This document shows positions 39,103 to 51,535 of a stretch of 64,000 nucleotides of DNA, piece by piece (the first letter of the stretch is position 1; the number at the start of each line of letters is the position of its first letter). Location: assembly GCA_965645245.1 (NCBI GenBank), contig OZ287071.1, forward strand, positions 2,604,001 to 2,668,000, written 5' to 3'. This DNA comes from Massalongia carnosa. Its lineage: Eukaryota. The notes beneath the pieces were generated by a model. It made no database searches. It was not told the DNA's origin and saw only the letters and a list, made by a program, of their open reading frames with translations. The position numbers were made by a program, and so were the translations under genes.

Positions 39103-40448
39103 TGAGTCCGCATTTGTTTTATTTTGTTACACTACGGTTGATGAACATATCAAACCCCATTATTGTAGAAAGACTAAAACACCTACCTACCTATCTAGTT
39201 ACCTTCGATAACTAAACGGATGAACAAATAACCATTTATCAACTTAACGTATCTATCTCATTAAGTAACCCTTCCTTCTTTGTCACACTTGCTTGCTTGC
39301 CCATTCTTTTAATTTCTTTCTTTCCTTCCGCCTCCCACCCTCCCCCTTCCTCTTTCTTCCGACCCTCTCATCCTCATTAATTTTCCTACCGCCGAGTCCG
39401 CACCAGTTTCGACAAACGTGACACCATTCACAACAAACATTACAAATTCTGAAGAGGTGATAAAGAAGAAGATAGAAAGAGAGAGGTAGAGAAGAAGAGG
39501 AAAGGAGAGTAAGTCGAGAGGAGAGAAAAGTAGAAGAGATAATAGGAAATAAGCAGAGAGATATAAAAAAATGAAAGAAAGAGGGGATGATGATTGGTTA
39601 AGCGGAGGAGATGAGGAGATTAGATTAAGCAGGAAGGAGCTTCTTTTATTATCTATTTATTCTTTTACACACACATACAAATCTTCACTCTATTTCCTTC
39701 CTTCCCCCTCCTCAACTTCAATTTCAATTTCCTCCCTCTCTTTCTCAACCGACCGATGAATCAAGTCCCAGCCGATCGATCAATTTCCAACCAAACAAAA
39801 AAAACCCTCGCCACTATTTCTTTCCTTCTTTCCTGCGTTCTGCTTCTTCTTCTCTTCTCTCTTCATCATCATCATCATCATCATCGTCAACAATCAACAA
39901 ATATACATACATATCATATCAAATCCAAATACAAACCCCATCTCGTTCCGCCACGAGCAGAAAAAAAAAACACAAGATTCTACTAATTTTTCCGACTCCT
40001 CCCCCCCTATTCCCCCAAACTATATGTTCGTCGGAAAAAAAGAGGAGTTGGTTTAGAAAGTTACAGTTATTAGAAAGAGATAGTGTTTAATCTATAAAAT
40101 ATCGGAGTTGTGAATTGGGAGAAGAGGGTTTTTGGGTATATTGCTGAGTGTTTGAAGAAAGCTGATGTCACAAGGCCAGCCTAAGCGTCCCCTAGACCTC
40201 CGGTTATAATTAGTAATATAGGTCTATAGTTCTCTAATTGTAGATTGTGCCTTTTAGCCCGCTAATAGGAGTGATCAAACCTATACCATCCGCTCCCCGT
40301 TACAGCTGATGTTTGGTTTACGGACTTTGGGAATATGATAATGATGATGAAGATGAGTTGTTATGTATGTCTGTAGGCGGAATACAATTGTGAGTTAATA
40401 GAAAGGAGACTTGCATAATGCTTAAACAGAGATTCGGTGAAAAAAAAA

Positions 40449-42160
40449 GGGAATCAATACCGGGACACCCCTTTTCACTACCTTGACACCCCATTTCACT
40501 ACATTAACACCCCCAAGTAAGCTAACCAAATCGGGTATAAATTTCCCTCGGGCGCAGAAATAACTGGAGAAAACATGCTCGATTTGATGAATTCAGGTGT
40601 GTTTTAGACAGTCGTTTGATGCTTTCTCGATGATTATTTCATTGAATTGGGCTTCATTTCGTGTTTACACTTGAAAGGCCTAGAGCAAACCCACTCCATC
40701 TACTTCAATCGATTGAATAGCTTCACCGGAGGCCACCCTTTCACCTTGTGACTGCCCTCTGCCCCGTCCTCGCCCTCGCCCTCGCCCTCGCCCTCGCCCT
40801 CGCCCTCGTCCTCGACCCCGCCCTCGCCCCCACCCTCGCCTCGGAGGCCCATTCAACACCTCCTCGACATGTTCGAACCCTGATAACTCCCGTTGGGTAG
40901 AGTTATCAGCCTCCCGTTGAGCTCTTTCCGATTGTAAACGCATCGCGATTGACGGACGCCCTCGGGGTCGGGCTACTACCTCGGGGTCGCGCACCAATAG
41001 CAAAGGATCGATGACACTTGGAGGTGGTGATTCGTGGCGATAATAAGCCCGATCAAGGGGGCGCTGAAACCACCATTTGATGTGAATGTCGTCGCGCTGA
41101 AGCACATTGGGGGCCGGGCCAGAAAGTCGAACCTAATTGCAATAGAATTAGTACGTTTTCAGGGCTATTTCCTTCAGTTTATCAACTTTCCTGGATTTCA
41201 TGAGCACATGGTAGCCCCATTGTTGCTCGAAATGCCCCGGTGCATAATGAGAGAGGGGTCGTTTGATCCAAAAGACGTTCGTACTGACTATGCACCTTCA
41301 ACAATGCAAAAGGCGTGATATAAGCCCTTACATCGCTGTAAAGAGGTCTTCGTAGTCGGGTAGGAAAGCGCATTTTAGCCTCATCCAGTTTTATCACGTA
41401 CTCTTGATGCTGATTCTTTAGTAACAAATCAATATTGTCAACCACCGTTTTGAGATCACCGGTAGAAAATCCCAACTGATGTTTCAAGACAGCATGGCCC
41501 CCCTCCACCCTAGAGGTAGCAATATTGTCGAAATGAAGAACTTTGTCGACGAATGCCTTGACGAATTTTCGTTTATATGGGGCTAGCCATGTGTCTACCA
41601 GATAGTGCACTTCCGCTGAATGATCATGTGAATAAGCATCATTCAGAGCGTCCCAATTGACCTCATATTCCTCTTCAGTCTTTGAATAAACCACCGCATG
41701 CCACATGCTTTCGAAGGCCATCCAGTCATCGTTGGAATGAGCACTATGTCTAAAAACAGGTTTCCAATGCTCCTGAACATTCCTGTGAATATGCCACAAG
41801 CATAACAAATGACGTGTGTCAGGAAACACACTGTAAATAGCGGCCATGAGGCTAATGTCTCGATCGGTGAGTACTACCTTTGGATAGGAAATATTCAGCA
41901 TTCGATAAAGGGTTTTTAATTGTTGAAGATACCAAAAATAGTCCTCTTTACGTTCCTGACGAAGAAAGGCAAACCCCACATAAAATGAGGTGTTTAGGGC
42001 CGTTGTTCCCATTGTTGATATCAATGGTAATTTGTATCTGTTGGTTTTATAGGTGCAGTCCATGATTAACACGTCGGGGTTGGTCATCAGGGTGCTTTGA
42101 CAGGAATCTTTGCTGAAATAAAGATGTGTTATGCGATCGAGATTGTCTTTGAGATAAAAC
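40449..42160 (-). mobile_element. MULE (Mutator-like) DNA transposon, 5'-truncated; one terminus with subterminal repeats
   Basis: LIMDCTYKTNRYKLPL, VLTDRD, LLCLWHI, TSRVEGGHAVLK, MGLPCAHEI. Frameshifted C-terminus with RPRGRP and (GR)n. GACACCCC.TTTCACTAC repeats at 40464-40510. Confidence 0.85.
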
Positions 42161-42600
42161 GAATTCCTAGATGACTCAGTGATTAATCGATAGTTGTTTG
42201 TGCCTATCGTATTTAGCAGAGTTTTTCTGTTGTCGTTGAGTTTGCAAAACATGATCACATGTTTTGCAGTCTGTTTGTGCCAGCCACATGAGCAGTTCGG
42301 GGACGAGACGTCTGGGACTCGGTGTCTATGTAGGAAGGCGGCTAGGCCTATCTTTTCTGAGCGTATCTGAATGGCTAGCGCGCTCTCCGCTTTGGCTAGA
42401 GTTTCGTGCAATTTGATGCGTTTTTTGGAGAGTGAACCTGATTGTGCCGGGGTGGGAACGCGTGTGCGTTCCTGATATGATCTCCACGAGGCCTGCCATG
42501 CAACTGTGTGTCGTTTTTTTATTTGAGCAGTTATTTTTTTATGAGCGGCGCGTGCCTCCCCTATTTCTCGGGCGAGATTCGGGGGGGATTCGGCCCATGG
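42161..42600 (-). mobile_element. Non-LTR (LINE, Tad1/I-like) ORF2 C-terminal fragment fused in frame to the MULE transposase
   Basis: WQASW...KAESALAIQIRSEKIGLAAFLHRHRVP...CSCGWHKQTAKHVIMFC is the post-RNase H CCHC region typical of fungal LINE ORF2. Confidence 0.75.
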
Positions 42601-42799
42601 TGGATTTGGTGTCGAATCTTCTCTTGATGCCACTGCTTATGGTAAATATAAAATCCTTAATTATAGGATTTTATACTCTAAAGCAAGCTCAACTGCAACA
42701 TCGACAATGTAGTGGCCACTACGAATTTCGATGGAGGTTCCATTGAAGGTACGTTTCCCCAACAGTAAAGATGTGGAGTTCACGAAGTCAAACCTCAGA

Positions 42800-44900
42800 C
42801 CTATGAGACGGCATGACTTGTATTGCTCTTAGTGGGACATAAAGCTGCTGTTATTCGTTTCAGTTTGGTTTGGAAGCTAATCCAATGGATAAAGCCATGA
42901 GTGAATTGGGAACCGATAACTTCACCTAGTATATAGTCTCCTGGGGGAGTCCCTTCTGTCCAGACGTTACAACGATCATCAAAACGTCGGATATCTTTTT
43001 CTAGTGCTGCCAAAACGTTGAAAGTGGGTTTCGTTCCGCAAACACATAGGAGGCCAAAGCTGTGATATGTTCTATATACTCGATAAGTACTGAACTAATA
43101 GAATGAAGTTTTAGCGAGAATTCGAAAGGACATGGGAACGAGGGTTACCAACCGTTATTCCTCTAAAAAAACCCTCTACAAAAGTCCCCGGGGGAGGGAT
43201 TTGTCTCTCGACTTGCACGTCTTGAGAGATATTCGCAGTGACAAAAATACCCGTCGGTATTTGTTGGTGATCAGCTAATCAACCGTCAGGCTTATACACT
43301 CTAATTCTGCAAAGGACTTATGAAGTCCGCATACTATAAATCCGGCACCTTTATCTTTTTCAGACCATAAAACTTCTATCCCACAGACTCTCTCTCTACC
43401 AGGACCATTGATGAGGAAGGGCACGGTACAATCTTAAGGAGATATAATCCTAGGAGGACATTTGTTATCGAAATGATACCGAAACCCACTTACTCCCGTG
43501 AGACTCCAATCAAAGAATACTGATATTTGAACCAGCTGATTCAAGGCATCCTCGTTTTCCGCGAACATGGTTCGATCCATGTATTGAGATACATCAGCGT
43601 ACTCGTATCCAACCGGAGGAGTGAGTATAATACTCGATGGGGGAACTGCTGGCTTCCGCAAATACTAGAGTACGGAGATTGGGAATCGAGCTGATGAGTG
43701 CTAGTGGAGGAAGACTTTTCAAGAAGACTAAGCCTGATTATGCGACTATTCTACATTCTGTCAGTGACAAGCCAACACAATGAATCTCCAAGTGGGCTTT
43801 ATGAGGAGATTTGACAAACCTTGGTAGCACCAACGTCCAATCCAGCAACAAGACAGTTAGCGGATAAAATCAGTTGACCCTTAGCCGTTCCAGAGGCATC
43901 ACAAAAGGAGTATTCTCTAGGTTCACCTTGTGCCCGTTCGTTACTGACAAAAATAGTGATGCTAAAAATACCCTCTGCTTCAACTCCTACATGCAAACCC
44001 GATAAGGCTTCGCCAGATTCGATAGTAATGATGTTAGCCTGTCATCGCCGCAGCGCCCAAGTTTTGCGGTCCAACCCTTTCCGTTCAGAGAAATTCCCGT
44101 ATGGAGTGATCTGTATCTGAACTTTCTAAATGAGACTCGTACGCAAGCGATAGCTTTTGAGGAGACCGTTGATCAAAATTTGCAGTCAAGCTACTAACAG
44201 CCTCATGACCGGGACATAGAATGAACTGGCGACACACCAAGTCGCCTGTAGAGTCCTGCTGTCTTTCTCGTACCATATTGGCTTTTGTGCCTTTAAAGAG
44301 AACCCCGGTGCTTCGTCGATAGAGACCATCGGGGGGGTTCCAAACAACTTATCGACGTTCTGAATCGCGTAACCAGATAGTCCCACTCAGAGCACCAGCC
44401 CATAGAGGTTCATCGCCTCAGAAGCCCCTGGGTCTTCAAGATACGTCCGGCCATCGGCCCAGAACTGTTCGGCACCCTCATAGTCGTAGGTCCAATCTGG
44501 TACCATGCCACGAGCATCTTCTTCTAGCTCCTGGCTCCGGAAGATACCGAATAAGATATCAAGATCGGGCTTTGTTGCATTCTCAGGAGCGAGTAGAGCA
44601 TGATTCTGGAGGAAGATGTCCCTCCAGGCTGGGTGCATTTGGTAAGCCACCTCGCGGCCGGTATCTCTAGAGACGGCTCAGCACAACCGACGCGCATCTG
44701 CCTTGAAAACTCCCTCGATTGCCGATGAAAAGCCACAGAGAGGGAGCCATACCGATCTACATATGCCACAATTATATCGCCATCTTCGTCGCTATCCTCC
44801 TCTAGATTTCTTTCATCGTGAAAAGGTGGCGGTGCCCGGCCTTCTCGCCTGAAGAAGCTCTCGACACTGGATAGAAATACACCTTCAGTATTGGTGTCAA
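42800..44900 (-). pseudogene. Decayed fungal gene of uncertain family (possibly F-box-associated)
   Basis: A run of collinear coding-like fragments (44524-44769, 44387-44650, 44186-44386, 43799-43996, 43434-43661, 42801-43013) broken by stops and frameshifts. Confidence 0.4.
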
Positions 44901-45297
44901 GTCTGTTCTGTGGTCGAAATCGTACTAATTTATGTCTTAGTCAGTTCCGTGACTCAACTTCATTCATTTTGAGAAGCTTACAGGCCCGAAAAAAAGCAGT
45001 CCAAGCCACATATTTATCTTGCAGTCGATCTACATAAAACTGAGTACGCACGCCAAAACACACCCCGCATAATGCACAATAGCGCTCATCCATCTCCAAC
45101 TGCTCTGAGAGAGACTGAGATAGTGAGTGGAGTGATGTTCAACAGATTGACAGTTGTGAATTGAGGCTGAAATTGACTAAAATATCTTTCACGAGGCTGA
45201 ACGTGGTTGATCAGGGGTACGGCGGACGGTAAATACCAAACCGCCACAACGAAAATTTGAAACTGTCAATCGCGACCTCGCACCTTACAAGTTAAAA

Positions 45298-45553
45298 ATG
45301 CCTCCACGATTTATTGATTTGGAAGCATACAAACTGTATGTTACAGGTTTGATACAACAAAAACATACAGTCTTAGAAATAAGACATCTTTTGTCTCAAA
45401 ATCTTTCTGTACGAGTCAGTAGAAGAACTCTGGAACGAACGTTTGAAAAGCTGGAATCTTGGCACACATGTTATAACTTCATATACTGCTGATCTTAGAT
45501 TACGCATTATTGCTCTTACGTACGAGTCTTGCTTCAATGATGCAGACACACTA
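45298..45553 (+). mobile_element. N-terminal Clr5/HTH-like fragment of a fungal integrase-type transposon, interrupted by Tc1
   Basis: MPPRFIDLEAYK..TVLEIRHLLSQNLSVRVSRRTLER resembles Clr5-HTH N-termini of fungal integrase-core elements; frameshifted. Confidence 0.45.
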
Positions 45554-46891
45554 CAGTACTAGGCCAAAAGTCTGCGGCCCCGCACCCCACCAACATTTCA
45601 ATCATTCTATTCAATCAACAATCAACCACGTCACGATTGCTGAAATGTCTTGAAACTTTACATAATGATTACATACATACTAAACAAGAATTCCCCCAAA
45701 AATTGATTTTTAATATTTAGTATACCATCCTTCCGACGCTATACACGCTTTTATCCTCCTATTCATGCTCTCTATTAACCTCCTCATCATTTTCACATCT
45801 ATCAACGTCCAGGCTTCTTCTAACGCTTTCCAAAGTACCTCACGAACAGTTTCATCACTGCCGATCACCAAATCTATGTTCGGGTTGACTTGATAGACGA
45901 GCTTTTTGAGCACATACCAAACGTGCTCGATGGGATTTAAATCAGGTGAATAGGGGGGCCAATCGCTGACCTCTATGCCGTTCTCATTGAACCATTCCAT
46001 CACCTTTTTAGCCTTATGTATAGGTGCGTTATCCTGCATGAAAATGAGGCCCGGTTGCCAAATTCCAAGCAGATTATCGTTCAATAATTCCATATATGAG
46101 TTCGCCGAGTACCCCATCTTCTTCGCAGCAAAATCACGAGCCAATTTGTAAAGATTTGACCTGTCATCTTGCGAAAAAGCTGCCCAGACCATGACACTGA
46201 CTCCTTTGCCTTTGGGGACAGGTTGTATCATCTCTTTATTCCATTTTTCTTTCGGCAATCTGAACACCCACTGACGCTGTTTTCCTGACCCCTTTTCCAC
46301 CGAGCACTCATCTGACCATATAACTCTTGACCACTGCTCAAAAGTCCACTCACGCCGCAGCAAGCACCAATCCAATCGTTTCTTGGCCACCTCAGGCGTC
46401 AATAAAGGTCGTTTTTTAGCCACCCAGTTGGTTAAACCATACAGTTTGAGTGCCCGATAAATAGTCGTACGACTGCAGCCCAGCCCCACTTCTAGTTTGA
46501 TTTGTGCATAAGTGATTCGTGGATTGATTCGTGCATGCTTGATGATATAACGTCGATCGCGTTCTGACAGCACTTCAGGCCGTCCAGAACGTGATTTAGA
46601 CACGCCGTCGTTGCGAATTGAGTGCTTCTGAATGGTGCTCTGCACGGTCGATTTAGTGAAATTAAGAGTCTTCCCAATCTCGGTCGGTGTGTGCCCCAAC
46701 GCCTGGGCCCCAACAATCATACCACGTTGATATGGCGTCAATTCAGTGTTACGAGGCCGATTACCACTTATGGGGGTCAAAGAAGCACGAAGCATGGTGA
46801 AATGATGAGGTGGAAGATGGGGGGTTGATGAGTTGAAAACGCGAAATCACGAAAATTACGGGTTGGGCCGCAGACTTTTGGCACGGGACTG
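45554..46891 (-). mobile_element. Complete Tc1/mariner (impala-like) element, 1338 bp, 27-bp TIRs, TA target duplication
   Basis: Left TIR CAGTACTAGGCCAAAAGTCTGCGGCCC (45554-45580); right TIR (46865-46891) reverse-complements to CAGTCCCGTGCCAAAAGTCTGCGGCCC. TA flanks both ends. Confidence 0.95.
45710..46795 (-). CDS. Tc1-family DD34E transposase, intact
   Basis: Paired HTH, RSGRP linker, VIWSDE, FMQDNA, SPDLNPIE; 34 residues between the second D and E. Confidence 0.95.
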   Translation of the reverse strand: MLRASLTPISGNRPRNTELTPYQRGMIVGAQALGHTPTEIGKTLNFTKSTVQSTIQKHSIRNDGVSKSRSGRPEVLSERDRRYIIKHARINPRITYAQIKLEVGLGCSRTTIYRALKLYGLTNWVAKKRPLLTPEVAKKRLDWCLLRREWTFEQWSRVIWSDECSVEKGSGKQRQWVFRLPKEKWNKEMIQPVPKGKGVSVMVWAAFSQDDRSNLYKLARDFAAKKMGYSANSYMELLNDNLLGIWQPGLIFMQDNAPIHKAKKVMEWFNENGIEVSDWPPYSPDLNPIEHVWYVLKKLVYQVNPNIDLVIGSDETVREVLWKALEEAWTLIDVKMMRRLIESMNRRIKACIASEGWYTKY

Positions 46892-48965
46892 TACATCACC
46901 GAGCTTGAATACAGGTGCAGTACACGGTCATCCTCAAAACCCAATGACCGCGCTCTAGGCGACTGAAGCTTCCCCGTTCAAAAAGCCTGTGATTGAATGG
47001 GCTTTTGCTGAAACTATGTTGTAGCTACTTATCAAGGATCTGTAGAGCTAGCCACATAGCGATCCAAAATTCGTGTGCTGTCATAAGTTGGGTCTTTCAT
47101 TGACATACAAATGACATGACAAGCACATTGAACTGCAGCTCAACTCGAGTAATATTGGATTAAGCAGTGGGTCTACTATCAGGCTTTGGAACAGGATCAA
47201 GAACATGAAAAGGCCGGTAATGGGTATTCCTTTGCTTCAACGGTAGCTGATTCGCCCCAGTTCCAGTACTCGCTAGATCTCAGCTTCTCCCTCCGTAAGT
47301 TATCGTCCGCCCCATTATCGTCCGCCCCAAAGCGTCATCTCTGGGCAAAGGTCTAACTTCTCACTAATTTGTGCTTGTCACCAACCATGTTTAGCTCCCC
47401 GCCGTACTCTTCAAAATAAAATCGAGCCTGCACAAAGAATTTGCCAATAAAAATTTGAGAACTGCCGGCAAAAGCAGGGCAAAAGCAGGGCTCAGGACTG
47501 AATATGATCTTGCCTTCGCCTTCGCTAGAGGTTTTCGACAACCAACGTCAAGAATTAATGATGAAATAGACATAGTGATTCTTTGATCACTGCAAGAATA
47601 CAAGGCAATTAATTGATGCATAAGACCTTTCAACAATAATCGTGGACGTTATATCGATATCGCAACCTGACAGGTTATCATGCTCTTCTCCAATACGCTG
47701 AAAGGTCGGCGGATTGATATTGAGTAAATGAGAGATGAAGAACAAAGTATTATTGATGGTTTAATGTTCAACAAGAATAAGGTTCTTCAGTTGATATACA
47801 TATAATAGATTTCATTAACTTGGCATCCAGGTTACCGAATTTTTTAACTCCAATTATTTCTCCATATATTTGTCTAATGCAAGGCCGAGAAGATTCAAGC
47901 AACGAAATTGCCGTACCTTTTCCCAGCTGACCTTGAGACAAGGGCGAGGACTTGAATTGAAAAACCTATTTCAGTTCGAAGACACACTCTGCTTTAACAG
48001 GTTCCTGTGTGGAGAATGCGAAATCGAGCCTAAGACGTATACATATGCAGTACGGATGTCTTTATTTCTATCTTTAGATAGGCACGTCCGCCTTATATTC
48101 ACTTGAAGCTGCAGGTATGGATGCAAGCCGTGTTACAGAAGTCCCCACTGCATGCAATTTGCTGTCATTAACTTTCTTGAAGAAACTCGTGGAAGTAGCG
48201 GCTTTGGAGATTTTTCTTTCAAGCTCTCGATATAAGGATTGGCGTTTTACATAACCTCATTCTTTATTTTGTTGAATATATTCGGAACATCTATCTTTAC
48301 TGTCGAGTCGACTTGAAGATTTCAAGTCGATACTTTAGGCGCTACGCGCAAACTTGTGCTGTACTCTGAATTCTTATCTTGGTTTTTCCTGATGCCTTCT
48401 CGGGAAGTGTATGTCTTCGTAGCGATCAAAAAGATAAATGCCCAAGAAATTGCTTGACATATGTTCATAGCATGATATTAATGGGTTTGATTACGGCGCG
48501 TAGGGCTGACGCAGAAACTAGTAAGCTCCCATTGCTACTACTTTCGATGCCCGCTACCAACATACTAATAGACTAACTCCATCACAGAAATCCTCCTGAA
48601 CGAGCCCTCAAGCGTGCGAAAGAACTGGAGGAGCCCCTGAAGACCATATAAGCATGAGCTTGCGTGAAAGATTATTATAAGTTTCGTGTGCTTGAATAGA
48701 TGCATAACATGAATGTTCAAAGAAGATGTTAATGAGATTCAAAGACCAGCGTTTATTATATGAATGCTGAAGAGCAAGTCACAGAATTAATCAATTTCTT
48801 CGAAGAGTCTTGGCGATTGCAATCACGGCTCATCGTAAAGGAGAATCTGCACGTCAACATCGCAACATCGCCGAGCTCAGCACCAAGGTTAGCGAGGGAT
48901 AAATACAGGTCCGACTACGCCAAGAGTACGTTTCCGCTATGCTTTCTAAATTCTGTATGATCGTT

Positions 48966-49200
48966 GCTGATGATGATGATGATGATGATGATAAATTCTT
49001 ACACCGATATGTCACCGGCCGAAGGCCGGCCCATGCGGGCGTGGTTCTATATGACTATTGTACATAGGAAAACCTTTTAAGGAATAAAAACCTAGTAACC
49101 AGTATTATCGCCTGCGGGATCCCCATGAACCCTCAGTGTACCTAATAACGTGTATCTGTGAGGTCCTTGAAAGAAAAAGGAAAAGAAGGAAAGAAAAGGG
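48966..49200 (-). mobile_element. 3' end of a LINE-like element with an (ATC)n tail
   Basis: On the minus strand, a degenerate ORF end (LTDTR...), a short UTR with hairpin CCGGCC-TTC-GGCCGG, then an (ATC)8 tail. Confidence 0.5.
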
Positions 49201-51530
49201 GAAGAAGTCAAACATTTCGATGACGCTGTCGCCAAAATAAGAAAACAAGGAAAAGTGTTCATATTAGTAAAAAGGGATTTCTCCGATGCCTTTCGCCATA
49301 TACCCGTGGCTAAAAGCGACTGGTGGTTGCTGGGATTTCAATGGGATAATGTTTACTGGACGGAGCGCTTTCTACCTTTCGGCTTGCACACGTCTCCTTT
49401 TCTATTCGATTTGCAAAGGGGATAAATTGGATGTGTTTACAAAATCAACATGATGTGCTTCATTATCTAGATGATTTCTTGGCAGTTTGCCGCACTAATC
49501 CCGAAGCGGAAGCTTTCACTCGGTACTTCTTCGATCTTTGCAAAGACCTTGGAATCGCAGTCAAGAAAAATAAAACTGGTCATGTGATCGATTTCTTAGG
49601 CATTGAATTGGACACTATGCTCATGGAAGCATGGCTACCCACCAGACAAACTGCACAAAGCCAAAGACCTCGTCAAACAGGCCTTGCAAAAATCATCGAT
49701 TAGAAGGGAGGAATTAGACTCCTTGGTGGAATATTTGTCATTCGCAGCTAAAGTGGTAGTGCCAGGGAGAGCTTTCCTCCGACGTCTTTTTAACGCAAAA
49801 GCCATGTCTCGTGGGCGTCATATTTATATTAACGAGAATATCAAAGCCGACCTGCAGTGGTGGCATCTTTTTTTACCTAAATGGAATGGCATTCGCATGT
49901 TAGACCGTCCTCGCGAGACATTTCGTCTTTGTACGGACGTATCGGGGTACGGCATTGGGGCCTACATCCTAGTGGAGGATCATACCAGTTTCACCATGCC
50001 CGCTGAGCATGCACTTTCTGAACGTTTCACGTCTCGGCTTAGGCCAATTCACATCAATGTCAAAGAAATGACAGCGATACTACACGCTTTGCGTAAATGG
50101 CTCCCCCTTTGTGCAGGGAGCCATGTGATTTTCCACTGTGACCACTTTGCTGACACGTCACGAATAAGGAAATCATCTATTCGTGGAAACGCTATGCGGC
50201 CTCTTCGGGCAATCGCAATGCTGACCGCTATTCATGATATTCGGATTGAAATACGTTGGATCCTAACAAAGTCAAATGAGCTCGCTGACCTCCTATCGCG
50301 GGGCAAATTGGAGAAAATCGCTAACAAATGGCCCAATTTACAGGAACTTCTACTCAAATCCTAGCACGCGACCCTCCCGAAAGCTGGTATAGCGAAATAA
50401 TTCTATCCTGACCAGCAGCTAGATACCTGTGGTGGGGCTTGGCAGTCAAAACCCGCAGTCTGTATGACACAGGGAGAAGAAGCTATGTAACACACTGCAG
50501 AATATCAATGAACGCGACTTCATTTCCGGCAACCATACAGACCTTGTCATCTTGGATAGCGTTGCTAGGAGAACACAAAATACAGCCCAAAACCATCAAG
50601 GCCTATTTAGCCGGAGTTCGGTCCAGCCAAATCGACACGGGCTTTGAGGATCTAGAAACGTTTCACCATCCCGTACTAAATAGAATCATTGCTAGCATAA
50701 AGCGAAAGAATGGCGAAGCCGACAAGAAAGAGCGAATGCCCATTACGAAAAACATACTCCTTCGTTTAGTGAAACGATTGGACTTAGCCGACAACGTGCA
50801 GGCCACTCTACACGCAGCATACTGTCTAGCATTCGCAGGATTTCTTCGCGCAGGCGAATTTACGTACACTATCAGAGACCTAACAGACCCAAGCTTCGAA
50901 TCATGGCATTTAACTAGGAAATCCGTCCACTTAGAAGCAGATAAGCTGTTCCTCTCCTTGCCTGCGTCCAAAACCGACCCCTTTCGTTGAGGCATTACGC
51001 TAACGATAGCCGCATCAGGGGACGAGGCCTGCGCGGTAAAATCCATTCGTAATATGATCACCCGGTTTCCACTACCTGCAACCTCCCCTTTATTCTATAA
51101 ACAAAAGGCTTTCACACGCGAATATTTGATCACCGCGATGCGATCAGGGCTTAAGAGCTTAGGCATAACAGGTAATTATTCAGGTCACTCTTTCTGAAGA
51201 GGTGCAGCGACGTCGGCCAAGGAAGCCGGTCTTAGCGAGAACGACATTTAATTACTAGGCCGGTGGAAGTCAGACTCCTACAAGCTTTATATCCAAACGC
51301 ATCAATCCCACATCTTAGCCACCTCACGCCGTTTTCAATACCCTCCTCAGCCTCCTAAACAGCATCGCCGGGCGAGCCGTTTCCATCTTGGGCTTGGGAG
51401 TATCCACCGCGATCTGCACCAAGGCCCGAAAGGGGGCGCTAGGTAGAGGCGCCGGCGAGAGTGACGGCGCCAGCGAGGTGCAGATTGCTGTGTTTCCGCC
51501 AACCTAGAAATAGAAGCAATACGAGGTCAC
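49200..51530 (+). mobile_element. Ngaro/DIRS-type tyrosine-recombinase retrotransposon, 5'-truncated and decayed
   Basis: RT (KRDFSDAFRHIPV, LPFGL, HYLDDFL), RNase H (TDVSGYGIG, INVKEM, NELADLLSR) and YR (AFAGFLRAGEF, SKTDPF, GHSF*RGAAT, LGRWKSDSYKLY). Frameshifts and TGA stops at 50988 and 51195. Confidence 0.9.
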
Positions 51531-51535
51531 ATGAA

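Noticed and set aside
47300..48960. Possible multi-exon pseudogene
   Set aside because: Short fragments with many stops; no family could be assigned.
50400..51360. Starship captain or Crypton recombinase
   Set aside because: The recombinase directly follows RT and RNase H, which is Ngaro/DIRS organisation.
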